Source: Iphione sp. A-MEVVRFRX5 (Eukaryota). Taken from it: a DNA stretch of 64,000 nt. The stretch spans positions 66,836,001 to 66,900,000 of the forward strand of contig OZ320314.1 of NCBI GenBank assembly GCA_976226885.1, written 5' to 3'. The position numbers and the translations under genes are program-made. The first letter of the stretch is position 1, and the number at the start of each line of letters is the position of its first letter. Shown here piece after piece: positions 1 to 14,570 of this stretch. A model generated the notes under the pieces. The model was not told the DNA's origin. It did not search any database and saw only the letters and a program-made list of their open reading frames with translations.

Positions 1-3000
1 AGGTCATAGCAGAAACGAGGGGCCTGGGACAAGACGATTATATATGAGTCGGGGCCGTTGGAGTATAGGGGTAGGACGTGACTGACCCTGCCCGATGGTT
101 CTTGTCCACAACAACACCTGTCTAGGGTCCTTCATGCAGCGCACACCTCACCCCGTCCCCACCTCCCAGAGCGCTCCCGACCCACCTCCCCAACACCTAA
201 AGCCCAGAATCGTTGCTTTGTGATGACCATGTTTGGATTGAAGCTCGCGTCAACAGGTTGTGGCGAGACGATCCAGACAACATGCACAAACTGGAGGTCC
301 GACCACTGACTATCGGTCGTTTGCGATAACGGACCGATCAGATGGTCGTTATTCAGCTTTGGACAGAACATGTTCTGAAATGTCCTGTTATCTACCATAA
401 GCTGTGCAGAACAGTAGACATTAAAGGTTGCGGGGGGGGTATTTTCAGATGTCAGTCACAGAATCTCAATAGAAATCATACAGGAACGACCTGATAAAAG
501 CGGGCTATACTTAAAAGTCAACTAGAAGTAACAATATCAAAGTAAAGACTCCCCTGATCATGGGGATACTTTATTTTTCATAATTTCTTGGTTTATTTTT
601 GTCTGAGAATTCAAAATGCGTGGATGACGGTTCTGTAAACATGGACTGCCACGTCAGCTGTTTCCCATTGAAGTCGGTATACATTTGCTATTTTAGGTCC
701 AAATGGATGATAAAATTGGTTTCAGCAATTTAAATGGGTAACAGCGTGCCCACTTTGCGTTGACACACCGGAGACCTAAGGTTGGAAACCACCCATTGGG
801 TCCTATGGGCTGAGGCAGATACTGGTGTATATAATCACTTTCCTACCGTACGGAATGTCATGTCTGACTAAATCCTCCCTCATGTCGCGGCAATAGCGGC
901 ATGCGATACGAAGGTATATTCACGGTGTAGCACTGAAACAAATACGAAAGCTGCCTTGTTGAATGCGCAAATCGATAGGTGGAATTCAAGGTTTACCGCC
1001 GTTATTACTAAGTCTCGGAGAATGCGGACACGACAAGTGCCGCTGGATATTTAGAGCTCAGCCCCCCTCATATTGGCATGTTGCATGCTTGCGGACGGGT
1101 GTGGCTAGTTTGGGGTTCAAAAGTTTACAGATTTTATTAGCGTGACAACGTAAACGCGCACCGTCCGCATTGATGCGTTAAACATCCCCGAGTTTTACAC
1201 ACAGAACCTGCATGAATGTACAATATTGACCACATCCTGTGGAAAATGAGGAGCAAGATAATTACTCCAACCGAAACAAACATGTACATCTAGTTATGTT
1301 TCTAAGGATAGCTTCGCCATAGACTGTCGGCCAGATATACCTTCGGAATTACCCTTTGTAAGCTTTATGATGCTACATTTTCAGTATTATGTGCACGGTA
1401 AAGAAGGCCATTGAAAAAAAATGCATTAAAAAAGAGAAAGGCTTATTTTTGCGTCATTACTTGACCGCCCCTATCCAAGCCTCTATTTGCGAAGATCCTG
1501 AAAGTATATTGTGGGAGTTACTGTGGCTGGCTACTTGAGGTAAGTAGCATTGGATTACTGGAGGCCTATAATTATACAGGTGTTATTTAGTACTAATTCC
1601 AGCGGGAAGGTATCCAGGGCTTGGTTCATGACTAATTGACCCATATGTCACAGTAGACGCCACCACCCAACTAACGTTGGGAGGAGCTCCCGTGTGTCGT
1701 TAGCAGGCAACCAAGACGTCATCTGGGACCTGACGACTGTGCATCCTCCTGCTGCACACGTTAACGTGTGTAATCATACATGTGCGTGTGTATGTGTGTG
1801 TGTTTAGGCGTTGTTATGTACATGCATGTTATGGGAGCTGTCGGAGGGCCTTGATATTATCATCTGCTTTATCTCAATGTTATACAGAACAGCGCGCTTA
1901 ATAAAAAGTGAAGGAAGGGCGTGACTGTTAAGCAGCCATAAAAAAGACATATTACACGCTATTGTGAAAAAACAATCTCTATTTTTGTAAAGATCCTCTT
2001 ATCATGCAATGTGGGTGTTTCTTTTTAGCGTTAATTTTCTGCAATACCGCTCGCCTCATAGTAAAAGTTTCATCGAGAACAAATCACGGATTCATTACGT
2101 AATTAGGAAGGCTTAAAAGCCATTATTGGTAGCTTTCATCTTAGTTGGCTGGTAGTAATTGATACGATCTTCCCCCCATACACTGACACGGTAGGGCCCG
2201 AGCGGCTGCACTCGAGTTTCGTGAACACAATGCTTGATACGATCAGTGGTTTGGAGTGGGGGTGGTGGCGGACTACCAGACTGTGTCTCCAGGCGGATGA
2301 CGTTGATCATTTAAGCCGGAAGGTTACAGCACTAATGGAGGGGAGCCCCAGCTGCCAGCGCTAGTCTGTAGATGGCGCCACTGTTGACGCGACGCGCCAG
2401 GGAAGGCGGTGGGGGCCGGGGCCGACCACCGCCTCGAGGCCAGTGTCCGTTCTCATCAGCGAGTAGAGCCGAAGCCATCGTATGCCCCGATCGTCCTATA
2501 TCCTAATGTCGCGGAACGGGCGACGCGCTTGAGCCATATGACGGTGATGACGAGGGCAGGCGAAGGCTAGAGATGAGCTCAGGGTACTCTCGGAGAGGAG
2601 GCTGCTAGGCCACCACTACTCTCCCTGCCTCATAATATTAGCATTTGCCACATCGTACACTAAAACAGCCACATGCACATGGATGCTCAACGAAGGAACC
2701 CAAGTTGATCGGAGTTTGATCAGCTAACGTGGACGTTGCTCCATGCCCAAACTGTATCGTCCATAGTACTGACGTGTACTGGGGGACCCATCACTTATGA
2801 ACTCTTTGAACAGACAACTTGCAGTCTTTCGGTATTTATTGGGTCATCGCTATAGAGTAGTATTGGAGGGATAGGTATAGACAATGGATGTTTGCGTTGT
2901 TCTGAGGTAAACTGCGAACGCTGAGTGTATCGATAAGCATGTACAGGCACTTGTGTAGATAACAATTTGTCTCAGATCTTTCCTTCTGTAGAAAGGATAC

Positions 3001-5644
3001 TCTGCTCCCAGTAAATGTATCCTGGTGGACAGAAGTCTGTCGATTGGTGGAAGACTAATTCATCCCCGGTCGTTTGCTTCTGTTACAGTTTGTATGTACA
3101 TGTATATGTAATGTATATGTACAAACGGCCGTAATACATGTAAATATATACTGCTTCGATCGCCGCCCTTGAACCCCGATCCGTGCACCACGTACCACCG
3201 TTCCCATTTACTGCACCACCCAGCATGAAGGAAACGCCATTTTACCTCGGTGCCGTCTTTCCTCCCTGCCCCGTTGGGTGTTCTGTATGTGGGTTTTGAA
3301 ACACGTCAGGGAAACATGCACTACACTATAGCGCCACCTGCATATTGCCTCTCTGAAGGCTTTCCTTCAGGAAAGCGTATACCGCCCCCCCCCCCCCCCG
3401 CGCTGCTGTCCTTCCACCCCCTTGGAAATGATTACGCTGAGGAAATCAATTTACTGGCTATAAAATATTCATGGTACGAGTAATAGAGCTACACGAGTTG
3501 CATGTATGGGGCGGCGAGGTGTATATGCAGCGGAGGCGGCCGTCACCAGCTGTACACGCAGTACGCTAATATTGAATATTGAGTTATGGCGCCTCTTCCC
3601 ATGCCCGTCTACGAGCACATCCGGCAGCCACACTCCCTACCGAGCCACTCAGGGTGACCTACTTCCATGGACAGACGGCCATGGGAGACCAGCCACCTGT
3701 TCTGGCCAGGGAATCAGCTGCTCCTGTAAACGGACAGATCTATCACCGAGATGGCTGGCCTAGCATGGCGCATCTGACAGGCTACCCAGGGAAACAGACA
3801 GGAAGTGTAGTCGCTAGCACGGACAGTATGGCACCGTAGGGGGAGGTCCCTTGGGGTGGGGTTCGGGGGGGGGTGCAAGGGAGAGGGGTTGCCGGGGCAG
3901 TGTATTGAGCCGTTGTGCTCGTTCTGAGAATATGGCGGAACAGCAAGGCACGATGGTTATCAGAAGGTTTGTTGTAAATAGGGGGACTGGGAGCGTATGC
4001 AGGCTAGCGGAGGCCATGGCCCATAGAAAAGTAGAAGTAGCATATAGAGCAGACACACGAAATAGGAAATTGCGAAAGTGTGATGTTAGAGATTGTGAGA
4101 GGGGATACCACAGACATATAGGTATATAGGGGGCATAACACACAATCTAGCAGTGGCACAAGGAGGGGGACGATCCATGTGCACAGCATACGAGGATGGC
4201 AATTGGAGAGAACCCACCATAGTCGCATTGTATCCGTGGGGTGGGGCATATCGCTGAGTGACAAGCTATGAAAGGGGACGCGACTGACATGGTATGAAAG
4301 TCGGGCTCTGTCTGGCCCGGTGGGCTGTAGAGATGCGCTCTTCGTACAAGAAGGGTGTGAATAATGTCTGTCTATGGACTACAGATGCTTTGGCACCCAG
4401 GAAACGAAAATATGAAATACAAAACACTCATTGGTAAAGGGCTTGACGTTACTCGATGTATAATGGAAGCGGCTGTGACACAAGGGGCAGTGGTTGTTAG
4501 GATGCATCCGCTGAGAATACCCAAGTTGTTCGTCAGGGTGGTCCGCCATCGATGACCTGATTTTAGTGATGCCTCCGAGAACTGAGGATCATCATATTGT
4601 GTACATGTAGGTTATATGCTGAATGCACACGCTCGAATATACATACACATACGTATAAGCCAAGGATGTAAATGCGAAGGATGTACATGTATTTGTTTAA
4701 TGTTGCATGTAATACTAATGGAAACGGAAATGATGGATCTGCCCATCCTTCCCCACCCCAAAAGTGTGCAGCACGAGTATACGCATAAAAAGACGTTTTC
4801 TACCAGTGCATTAAGGGCATAGAAGTATTATGTACATACAAAGGGCGATGAGACATTACTGAAACTTATGTGATTTCTGATATAATAATCTTTAAAAGGT
4901 ACTGAATCTACCCATATTTCAGACAGGCGTATGAAAATGTGTTAATATATTTAGGTATACTCGTACAGATGCAGGCTCTTCGTATCTCTCGCTCATTCTC
5001 TCCTGTCCCCTCCAGGTATTCGGTAAATAATAACATGAGATGATTTTTGAAAGTTGAGTTTGGACGGCTGTAACAAGCTGACCTTGTGAGGTAAACTGAA
5101 TGGAGGTGGATGATCCCAAAGAAGACGGCCCCTTAGGCTTGACCTCAGAGGTCACACTATCCAGCAGCGGTCTGCAAAACATCAGCTTAACCGTTAATGG
5201 AAAGAGTCTCAAGGGTGGTGTCAATTGTTGTGGATAATTCATTTTCGTCGGTGAATTTCGCCCTGACTGGCCCCTCTCCAGAATCATCCATTAGCAGATG
5301 CCGTCATGAAATGTATAAAGATTTCATTCCAGGAATGATTCCCGGCCTAATAAAGGAGTCCTGTCGAAATTGCAAGAAGTAATGGGAATTGGCAAATAAA
5401 GTTTGTAATAGGAGACTGAAGCTGTTGCTCATTCGGTTTAAATTTTGTTTCGAAATTGACACCGGCGGCAAAGTCACAGTTTCTTTCATCACAGTATCTT
5501 TTTTTTAGTATTTCTTCATAGTCCTGATATGTCATTGGTCTGCTAGCTGCAGTTGGAAATATCTACCATTTATGAATGATACGAGACTCGGACCTAGCGA
5601 CAGCTGCTCCAGACAGGACCACTAAGCTTATCGTGTTCATAGTT

Positions 5645-5734
5645 ACGTACACATGTACATGTATACATTTACAAACGTACACATGGACACGTATACATTA
5701 ACAAACGTACACATCGACATGTATACATTTACAA
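5645..5734. repeat. 30-bp tandem repeat x3
   Basis: acgtacacat(g/c)(t/g)aca(t/c)gtatacatt(t/a)acaa at 5645, 5675 and 5705. Confidence 0.9.
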
Positions 5735-6540
5735 AAATATATGGCAAAAGAACTTTGGCTTCCATAAAATGAAGAGCGGTAAATTCTTTTCGTATTTCAT
5801 TCAGTGAGTTCGGGGTGGATCCTTGAGGTAGTTTGGCTTTGGGTCTGGTGAGCAATCATTAAGTCGACAGTGTGTGTCCTTACATCATCCCGCCAGCAAG
5901 TCCTTTTTCGGGAGGATAATTGCCTCCGGCCTCCGAATGCTTGTGATTGTCGGTTATGTTACCAAATTGGAATTGGGAATGAAAGCGATCCGTCAATCTT
6001 ATTTTGGCTGGTTAACATATTACCGGCCATCAGTGCAGCCAGACGACTCAACCCCCTTATCGTAACGAAAAGCGCATCTTCAAGAAGGGTTACTTGCTTA
6101 CATGTAACATATTTCACTCTCTCTATCTCGCTCTCTGTCTCTGTCTATCCGCGTGTCTGTCTGTTTCTGTCTCTGCCCCCCCCCTCCTTTCCTGTTTGGT
6201 TCATTCACTTAAAAATTTTTGTCAAACATTTGGTGTAGGCGGTTCATTCACACTCGGAAAATGAAGGCTGCCACACATCATTCCATCAGATAACCCATCT
6301 TCCGGACGATCATGATTCACACATCAGTGATAGGTGCCACAAAATATCGTACAATGGCTTTTCAAGATGCTTTACATTAATTCCTGACAACTTTTATTTA
6401 TACTTTTGTAACATTTACAAAGAAACTACTTGTATGCGTTATACATTTGCATGAACACGTATTGTAATCGCAAGATTCGACTCAGTGGTTCCGATCATGT
6501 ACCAATTCACATGATGATAGATCCTTTTCCCCCTCCATTC

Positions 6541-6830
6541 TTTTTATCCCCCGCCTCATAGAGGGGGGGACATTAGGAATGCTGCTGGCTGGTGTCCCGA
6601 CCATCCGTCACACTCTTGTGGGTCTCAAACCCTTCACTCAAAAAAACTGATTTTAATATATGATATTGGTATATATGGCCCCATGGCACTGGGTAATTTT
6701 GGTAGTAATTCAAATATTTTGAAGGTGAAATTATGCCAATTTTACTCTTTTGCTAACACACCTACAAACATACATACCTGGTTTAGGGGTTCCTAGGTCT
6801 GACAATGCATATACATACACACTTAGTGCT
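6541..6830 (+). mobile_element. Possible Helentron-associated (HINE/DINE-like) non-autonomous element remnant
   Basis: T-run start followed at once by the hairpin tcccccgcctc-ata-gaggggggga, resembling the 5' ends of HINE-like repeats as I recall them. 3' end not defined. Confidence 0.35.
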
Positions 6831-7004
6831 CAGTCATGCAGAACCGAGGGTTTGTAGCAGTCTGGTGCTCAGTGAGGCAGAACTGAGAGGGCTGTGCCCG
6901 GTCAGGTAGAACTGAGAGTTGTAAACCTGAAGGAATTAAACAAGTCTAGCCAACTACCCCCAAAACAAGCTGCCAATCAAGGTGGTTGTAAGGAGAGAGA
7001 GACA

Positions 7005-7006
<2 letters not shown>

Positions 7007-7038
<32 letters not shown>
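7007..7038. repeat. (AC)n microsatellite
   Basis: Direct reading. Confidence 0.95.
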
Positions 7039-7040
<2 letters not shown>

Positions 7041-7487
7041 ATTTTCTCTCTCTTTCTCTCCCCTTCTTCCCCCCCTCCCCCCCCATCTTTATGGGCAGTT
7101 GATGGCGGGGGACAATAGACCTCACACGTCCACACTCTTGTCTTTGTTGACTCTCTGTAGAGCGGGTCTCTCTCTTTTTTCTGTTAGTTCTCTGTCTTCG
7201 CTTCCTTTATCAAGCTGCTTAGCTTATTCTGTCTGTAGCTCTCACGTTCTGTACTGCTTCTTACAATGCCTGAGAGCTTCGTCCCAGTTACGTGGGTTTC
7301 ATGTGTATCTGTTGTACTTTTTACAGTGTGGTGTGCTTAAACAATGCACCCCGCCATTGTGTGCATGAATTGATGAGCTGCATATGGTTACTAAATGTCT
7401 TTTACTAAAGGAACTATGCCTTTATGCATCCATTTGCAGGATAACCTGTCATTTCCTGATCGGAGAAATGCTAACACATCCAATGGA

Positions 7488-7700
7488 GTAAGGGGCTGTT
7501 CATATGTAGCCGCATTTTCCTATGTCTGCGGATCCATAGCCATAGAAAAATACCCATTCTATAATAATCAAGTAAACTCTAAATATGTTGCCGCATCTGT
7601 TCTGTTCTACACCTACGGATCCATAGGTGTAGGCAAGGAATCCATCCAAGACGGATTTCGCACAGATACGGATCCTGTTGTCCATAAGCAGTGGTGAAGA
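7488..7700 (+). mobile_element. Dispersed repeat copy (CGGATCC-rich MITE-like), related to 27040-27290
   Basis: aggggctgttcatatgtagccgca matches the reverse complement of ~27262-27285 (aggggtatttcacatgtatccgta); internal ~85-bp degenerate duplication. Confidence 0.4.
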
Positions 7701-8050
7701 GACATTAGGTATCATATGTGAGTACCCCAGGGGGTGTCCATGGTCGTGGACCCATAGACAGGTTTTTTGTACGGCTACCTACATGTGAACAACCCCTAAC
7801 CTACATTTGCATGTGAATAAACTAATTGAAAGTCATGAATACTAATGGATGCGTTGTTGGAAAATGGGATTATGTGAAACCTGCCCCAGTCTATTACGAA
7901 TTTAGGGTTTTCAGGTAGATGGGAAAAACGTGAATTTTTTTCGATATCATAGAAATATGAAAGTTTAAATTTATTCCAGAAAAGCGAAATTCAACCGATA
8001 ATGTGGTTGATAATTATGGACGTTATCTGTGTAATTTCATGAACAATATA

Positions 8051-8116
8051 CTTAACGGAGTCATGGACTGGATGAAATACTACAGACTTTTAATGAATGT
8101 AGACAAGACAAAATAC
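8051..8116 (+). mobile_element. Decayed LINE reverse-transcriptase fragment (CR1/L2/Jockey-like)
   Basis: Translation LNGVMDWMKYYRLLMNVDKTKY fits the W-x(4)-L-x-[LM]N-x2-KT motif after the YADD box of non-LTR RTs. Short and isolated. Confidence 0.4.
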
Positions 8117-8140
8117 ACAGACATGTCATCCTTAACCAGC

Positions 8141-8145
<5 letters not shown>

Positions 8146-8224
<79 letters not shown>
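8146..8224. repeat. Compound (AG)n(CAGA)n microsatellite
   Basis: Direct reading. Confidence 0.95.
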
Positions 8225-9309
8225 ATGACCATTCTTTATTAATAAGGCTTGCACAGTAAATACATGTATACAGGAGAATGGTTTAAAGACTCCAGCAATC
8301 AAATGTAGGTGACAGTTGGACAATTTCCAAGCCTCCCAGCAAAGAGTCAGTTGTTCTAGAAGGGCTGAAATTACTTGACAGTACGCTCTCCTTGCGCTGT
8401 GGACATAGAAATTACTATCCGATCCTCTAGTGTGTTAAGAACTATTCAAACAGTGAAGGACTGCATGACAAAGCACTACACGTTTTAGTTTAGAAAGGTT
8501 CAAAGTGGGGATATTTGGGAGGGCAACCACACTGCCAGCTACTGTGAAGGATGAACTTGAGCATGATTGACATTAAGTGTATAATTGTCTGTATGCCATC
8601 CCATCAGAGGGAATATAGGACTCCCTGGCAACGTAATTGGAAGTCATTGGTGAAAGAATTCACACCCATATGATTCGATTAAACGATTTTGTTTCCAATT
8701 AACATAAATGTTATGGCACTAGGAAATTACCCTGGACCTGGCAAGGATGTAACGATACGAAGTCGATATCTGCCGACGATTACGAGTGAATTAGTTATCT
8801 GTTCGGGTGAAAGTCCCGCCAAGTACACTTTGAAATATCAGTGACAGCTAAGTAGACTAGGAGCAACATTATCCCCCAGGTCCCGCACCCTCTCTCTCCA
8901 TGGCATATAGTTTCTTGTAATAAAAACTAAAAATACAGTGAATGCAAATTCTACACTCAAGTAACACTAAACAGTCCAACCCTCATACATTTATTATGGA
9001 CTAGGAAATCGTCCATTATCTGATAAGAAGGCGTCTGAGTCAGTATCTTGAGTATAAATGTGCAGTTCTCTTATCATCAGTACACTGTATTTACCGGCAT
9101 GCCCTTTACCGCTTGCCCTTCTCTATTACAGAGGGTAACGATCATAACATATAAAAAGCCTCCTTACTGCGTCCAGATGAGTGCCAGTACTGCTTTTAAA
9201 TTGACTGCCTATTTTCTATTAGGGCCTGGTTATGACTTTCCATTTCTTTCTGGAAATGGAGGTGTTATTTCTGGATTTAAATCAAAATACCAAAACTCAT
9301 TACAGCTGA

Positions 9310-9624
9310 TCAGGCCTAAACAAATAATTGCCGTGTTTCCGGTAACCCGGCTGACCCTATATTAGCGACTACTATGATTTTTTTTCTATTTTTTTTGAAT
9401 AACTTTAGAATGAATGATGATACAGACATGTTCTATACACCAAATTGTTCCTTAGGTTATTGGCTTTCATTTGAGACAAGTTTTATTTAACCACTATAAT
9501 AAGCATTACCATACACATCTGTTGCTTTCAGGATCCTTTTACATTGAAAAAAATAGAAAAATAAAAAAAATGTGACCTATTTTTTTCAGCTTGTTACTGG
9601 AAACACACTTTTTTTTGGGCCTGA
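9310..9624. mobile_element. MITE-like element with imperfect TIRs (315 bp)
   Basis: Left tcaggcctaaacaaataattgccgtgtttccggtaac versus reverse complement of the right end tcaggcccaaaaaaaagtgtgtttccagtaac; AT-rich interior; no clear TSD. Confidence 0.6.
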
Positions 9625-11296
9625 GTAGTATTGAAGATCAGCCTTGCACGATTGTTTACAGATATTTATATACTTCAAGGGCACCCCTTACCTATACATG
9701 TATACTAAAAAGATGTATATTTTGATTACTGCACAAGGTTACAATACTACCAGTTTTCACAACAATGTCATGTACATGCACGAAAAAGCTTTTGTATTGT
9801 AAGATTGAATTAAGGTCGTTCAGACATATTTGTATACATTAAATACAGGAACCCTATCGAACATCACACTCTAGCAGTTACACATCTGAGTGATTCTTTT
9901 TCGAAATAAAGTAGGAATGAGCTCATTATTTGACGCTTAAGTAATTTTGAATTCATATTAGTGTAGAGGGCAGATCCGGGAAAAACTAGATCACAGGGGG
10001 GACGATGCTATGGGAGAGAGACCAACATGTTACCAAGATACCAAAAAAACTTAAATGTGTATAAAATGACTCCTAGCGCATCCGAGTTATGACGGACCAA
10101 AACAGTGCCTAAATCCGTCTCCTATACGGGTCTGAACTGTACTTTATTCAGTCTTACTGCTTGACATTTACCTGAAAGCGCTTGTGTTTATTTGACAGAG
10201 TTTATATGTATTTCTTTCTTTATACGGAGCTGTATTGGTCTTGAAGTTTTTAGCATGGAAGGTGGATTGGATTTCTGATATACACAGTCGATTATGTTAA
10301 TCGTCGAAACGTTGACCCATTGAACTCTGTCTGGGAGCTAAACCCTCGCCGGTGCATGTTTAATGGAATGTTTCAGTGTACATGGTCAGCAAATATATGG
10401 TCCTGCAATAGGCGGTCTTTCAATTTACATATAGTCAATAAGTCATGATCTCACATCTGTAACCTGGACATATAAAAATCCTTCACGAAAGCACGATTAA
10501 CATGCACGTCTAACAATTGTCATTAAACTATACATGTATGTATTGATTTCAAAACGAGACGATTCATAAAACGCTCCCTTTTGCAACAAGTTTTAAGTTT
10601 GTTAGACTTGGAACACTAAAATATTTACGTTGTATGCAAAAAAAAATGGGGGCCTGAATTTTGAGGCACATAGCTCGACTCATTTCGGACGAGGACATTG
10701 TCGAGCTCATTTACCCTGGGCGCCAGAGCTCCAATTCGTGCAGGTTCACAGTTGTGTATTCGGTGGAATATTTTCTTTAGCGATGTTTTTTTTTCGGTCC
10801 ATGTTCGCGGTTTGTCAATCCACGTCATTTGAGGCTGGTCGGCATCCACAAAGTATTTAAAATCCCTGGGGTGCCTCCCCTTTTGGCCCTGGAGCAAGGT
10901 GATTTTCAGATGGCTCAGAGGGCGCTCGCCCTGCAGAGGTGTGCTGGATCAAGGAAAAATCCAAAGTTCATGTAAGACGCCCTTCAGTGGTGTTCATTAT
11001 TTGCTGGACTGTTGCGGGAGGGATTAATGTCCGTGCTCGCGAATAGGCGGTCAGTCTGATTGTTCGAGTGTCCTTTTGTGTGTTTTTCGTGCGGGATTGA
11101 ATGGCTGAAGTCGATGAGGTCATTGATTGACAGCTTCTCAGATAGATTCACATCTGGCATTAGGGGGTGGGAGGGTGGAGGTGCAGTAAGACACTACGGA
11201 TCGGGGAGATCCCTGATGAGATGCACAAGATGCTGGTGGCGACAGTAGTTTTAATGTAGTTAGTGTACCGACGTAGCCCTGTTTGCAGGCACGAAC

Positions 11297-11320
11297 CAGC
11301 AGCAGCAGCAGCAGCAGCAG
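11297..11320. repeat. (CAG)8 microsatellite
   Basis: Direct reading. Confidence 0.95.
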
Positions 11321-13244
11321 CACTCCGGTAGAGAGCAGATCAAGCATCTCCTCACACCTTCATATCTGGTACACTTTTTGTCCCGTCGGTACAGAAAGAT
11401 AATAACACATACGACAATACCCCTCCTGAATCCAACGTTCGAAAGCACTAACGGGAGGCTCGGATGACATACTGAGGTACTTACCAAGGGTACGGCATCG
11501 GGGGGGGGGGGCGTCCATTATATCATTCTTTCATGTGGTTCTCTGGTACTGATGGCGATCCATCATGGCTGTTTATTACGTATGCTTCAATAGTGCTCTA
11601 AAAAGTTTCCAATAGAATTATGACGGTTACTTTCAATAGTTGAATTGCATTGTTTCACCATTTCAGTAAAAACAAATGAGGTTGCACCTATACCTTTGGT
11701 TTGTGTGCCGAACTAAGTCCTTTCCATATTGGGAGCAAGTAATTCAGAGATTATAGTTTTTCTTTGTTTGTAAGTTGCTGATTGTGAGCATATACTTGGT
11801 ATCATCCCTAGCAGTTTAGCGCATCGGGAAACGATAGTATTTATATTTATTCCTTTGGTGGAACCTGGCAATGCTCTTGTCCAACCACCCAAACATATTT
11901 GGGTAACCTATGGTTCTATAAACTTTTGAACCATTATATACATATGTATATATGTATATGATTATGGAATATGAACACCTCCTACTTCTTAGACTTTTTG
12001 ATGAGTATGAACTCTTTCCGATGAGATAGAAATTAACTTAAGAGCCAAATCCAATTCACCCTCTCTGCAGCCCTTTAATTGCCATTTTCCATGGTGTGTA
12101 TGCAGGGAAACATAGACGGCTTAAGACCTCTTCATGTCAGCTCTTTCTTCCATGGGGCAGTAAAATGTCAATATACAGTTTAAAATGAGATGTCAGAATT
12201 CCTGGGATCATCCGTATTACAAGATTGGGTACCAGTTGTCTTTTGTCTCTTTACCTCCTCAAACTGAAATCTACAAGTAGGCCATTATTAGTCTGAGTTC
12301 AAAATATGGTATCTGGCTAGGCTAGAGTGGTTTTCAAAATGCGCACATATGTGCATGTGAGTGGTATAGGATCAGATTTCATTAAATGCTTTATATATGT
12401 TAATGTATTTTTTGTGGACTGGATTTCAAACAGAGGTACGGTTGCGTCCAGTTCGGACGCCTCATCTCGTTTTAGCTGTCATAAGTTAATGTAGGTTTAG
12501 TGTGTGATTTATAGGTGGATAGGAGGAAGAGGGGGAAAGAGGAGAAAGGTAAATTCTGCCTACCTAGTTGTTTTATGCGGTTATACCTCAAAAAAGGGTC
12601 ATGTTCTGCTTATGCTTAGGTTTTGTTCATAAGTATCTCGAGAAACGTTCCATTCTGCTTACGTTGACATTTCCATTAATGTATCTTGAGGAAAAAAAAC
12701 CTATCGAATCTGTTCAGGCATTTTTACCTGTCGTTTCATGGCCCTTTTCACGAACTACATGTATGTGTAAGGGGTATCTTTTTCTAACCTACAGGTAAAA
12801 ACAGAATATATACCTACCTACCATGTACATAACTGAGCACATTGAATGGGGATAACATTAAAACAGCATATGTACCTTGGACCATGCATATCGTACTAGG
12901 GGCAGATGTAAAAACTGTGTTAGTATAACTAACAGGTATGGTTTCAAACCTGCACCTTTTCAGTAATAATTACCCATTTCTCAGAACCTTTCATTGAATA
13001 GAATCCTGAAGCTAACCACCAGGAGTGTCGAAAAGATAATATCATTAGTACTGTCGTCCTCGTACTAAGTTTTCGTGTAAGAGAGTTGAAACCACACAGT
13101 TGACTGCATGTCATGTTGAGGTGATATGGCATTCATTCTGAGCTTCTGACTTTCCTCTCTCATCCTGTATTTGTCTCCCTGGCTCGAGTTTCTCTTCCAC
13201 TGGTTTTCTATAGTTCTTTCACTAGGTGCGTGTGTATATACATG

Positions 13245-13258
13245 TATATATATATATG

Positions 13259-13290
<32 letters not shown>
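13245..13290. repeat. Compound (TA)n(TG)n microsatellite
   Basis: Direct reading. Confidence 0.9.
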
Positions 13291-13291
<1 letters not shown>

Positions 13292-13699
13292 AGAATACCC
13301 TCCAAGTCGAGGTTGACGTATAAGATGAGGGGTTGCCGTGAAAAGAGGAAGTGTGAAATATAGAAACATGTACATAAGAGTTGGTTCTGTCACCTCCTTC
13401 ACTGCGTGAGGTGCTCTGATCGTAGGGCCGTCAGAAGACAGCCCTTGCTCTCCAGGGATACAGAGAAATCGTTAGTTCGAGATACCTCGTACTGTCTACC
13501 GTCCCACCTCCTTTCTTTCTGCTAGCAGCTACTGTCCACCTCCATGTTTTCCAGAAAGCTGCAGATGCTACTGGCTGTTGAAATAGGTCACAAATTTAGG
13601 TCAGTCGGCTGACCACACATGAGTCACCGGCCTCTCTCCTCTAACGGCATTCGTTATAATGAGGAATCATCATTGCCGTAAGAAGAGGTATTTCACTTT

Positions 13700-14520
13700 A
13701 TTAGGGAGGGATGGTCTCTCATTGGCCTGATCGTGCTGGCCTTTTAGATTCTGCTGCTGGGATACGGATAAAAGAGGCGAGGTTAGATAGCGTGGGCTGG
13801 TGTGTAGCAGTTAGGAGAGTGTTAGAGCTAGAAGAGCAGCAGCAGCAGTCGCAGCAGCAGCAGCAGCAGCAGCAGTTTTCAGCAGCATGGAAGTCACTGC
13901 CTGTTTCCTCTTATCCTCGCCAGCTGGTATGAGTGTGCAGCACGCTCGAACTTGCCGTCCGCTGATTGGCTGAAATGACGAGGATCATTAATATGTACAA
14001 GATGGCTGCTGAGTGTATACATAATTGATAAGGCCGTGCTGGCTGAGCACATTGCTATGTGTCAGTAATGGCTGAGAGTGGAGTACGAGAGGACTGACGC
14101 CTTGACTTCGCTCTCAGGGACGGAGAATTCATGGTCAGTAGACAGGGCACAATAGATTTGGGCATCCAGCATGTTAACGGCGATCACCGGGGCACCGTGT
14201 TTGTGAAGGTAGATGAGCAAGGGCCCACAAGCGGCGGCAGCGGCCGAGACTCGACGTTGGCATCAAGCTGCAGGTAGTGTCAGTGGTGGTGGAGGAGAAG
14301 GAGGAGCCGGGGCGGGCGGCCAGGCTAGACGACAACAAGTGCGGGCGGCTGAGTAGGGAGACTTGCCTCGTGAACTGGGGTTGGTGGGTCGGCTGGCACA
14401 CTAGCCCGGCCGGACCACGTACACGGGGCGCGGGATAAACCACGACAACGACGGCGACGACGGCAACAGGCCAGTATCGACCTTCTTCTCAAGCTTTGTG
14501 TCTTTTCATGTCTGTAGGTA
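13700..14520 (+). promoter_or_regulatory. Putative LAR promoter / 5' UTR region
   Basis: Inverted CCAAT boxes (ctcattggcc ~13718, ctgattggc 13962-13970), CAG repeat and a GC/CpG-rich stretch directly upstream of the signal-peptide exon. Possible non-coding-exon donor ctg|GTATGA at ~13927. Confidence 0.45.
13837..13875. repeat. Interrupted (CAG)n repeat in the putative promoter/5' UTR
   Basis: (CAG)4 TCG (CAG)8. Confidence 0.95.
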
Positions 14521-14570
14521 GAGGGCGCGGGTTGGTGGCAAGCCGCCTCGCGTAGCCAAGGCCTCTAGGT

